Shown here piece after piece: positions 49,495 to 50,413 of a DNA stretch of 50,413 bases. Position numbers and translations under genes: made by a program. Origin of the DNA: Octopus bimaculoides (Eukaryota); contig NC_068982.1 of the NCBI RefSeq assembly GCF_001194135.2, forward strand, positions 20,928,394 through 20,978,806. The letters are read 5' to 3'. The notes under the pieces were generated by a model. That model saw only the letters and a program-made list of their open reading frames with translations. It had not been told where the DNA came from and ran no database searches. Position 1 is the first letter of the stretch. Each line of letters begins with the position of its first letter.

Positions 49495-49936
49495 GCGGCG
49501 AGCTAGCAGACTCGTTAGCACACATCATTATTATTATTTAGTTGTCTCATTTTTACCACGTATTTTGACTTCATACATTGGCGCCCTGTATGGTTTAGGT
49601 GTGCATTCTTGTTTCGTTTTGTTACTGTATTGAAAATGCCTCACGCAGAGTGTGTGCAGTGCCTGGCAGTGTTGTTTTAAGTATGTTATATGTATTCGTA
49701 ATTCCTTAAGTTTTGCACATGTATTTGTTTCTGTGTTTTGACTTATGTCTAATGCACTATTAATATAGACATTATTTCTGTTCTCAGATTTACTCTATTT
49801 CCATATATTCATATTTCAGGAATGTCTCCGTTTCATTTGGGACTGATATTTGGATCAGGAGGCAGTTTTAGTGTCTTCCATTACGACAGTATCTAGCTTA
49901 TTAGTCGTGATCTATCTACTTTTGTATATTGGCACT

Positions 49937-50155
<219 letters not shown>

Positions 50156-50413
50156 CTAACGCATTAACAATAATATGCTTTCTTGTGAATAACATTTATT
50201 GTCATATACGTGTTCGAATGAAAAACTGAATGTACAACCGAAAACATGATGCCGCATACAATAACATGGAGTGATGATCAAGCCTGGAATAATTGTGAAC
50301 TGGCATCACGTATTCGCCTATAAATACACACACAAACGTATGATATATGTATATAAACACACACACACACATACAGATATGAAATTATACAGACTTATAT
50401 ATATATATATATA

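Overview
AT-rich eukaryotic genomic DNA from a gapped draft assembly (nine N-runs, most flanked by (TA)n). The SINE families and the very high microsatellite density point to an octopus genome; this is inferred from recalled motifs, not from a database search. I could not identify an intact multi-exon protein-coding gene. Most listed ORFs are microsatellite or N-gap artefacts, and the recognisable ones are transposon relics. The window holds about 15 SINE copies of two families, three CR1-type LINE relics, five R4/Dong-like retrotransposon 3' ends that all terminate on TAA-type arrays, three Tc1/mariner derivatives, two Helitron pieces, a Penelope-like terminus, an RTE-like 5' fragment and a long-TIR MITE. 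The most interesting signals are: (i) a near-intact minimal type I hammerhead ribozyme on the minus strand at 16011-16050, plus a decayed one at 49217-49263; (ii) a microsatellite-centred retroelement system in which Dong-like elements end on (TAA)n arrays, twice sharing the array tail-to-tail with a SINE; (iii) a 67-nt near-perfect hairpin and other fold-back structures; (iv) a possible first coding mini-exon at 1287-1321 (-). Element boundaries are approximate unless termini are quoted.
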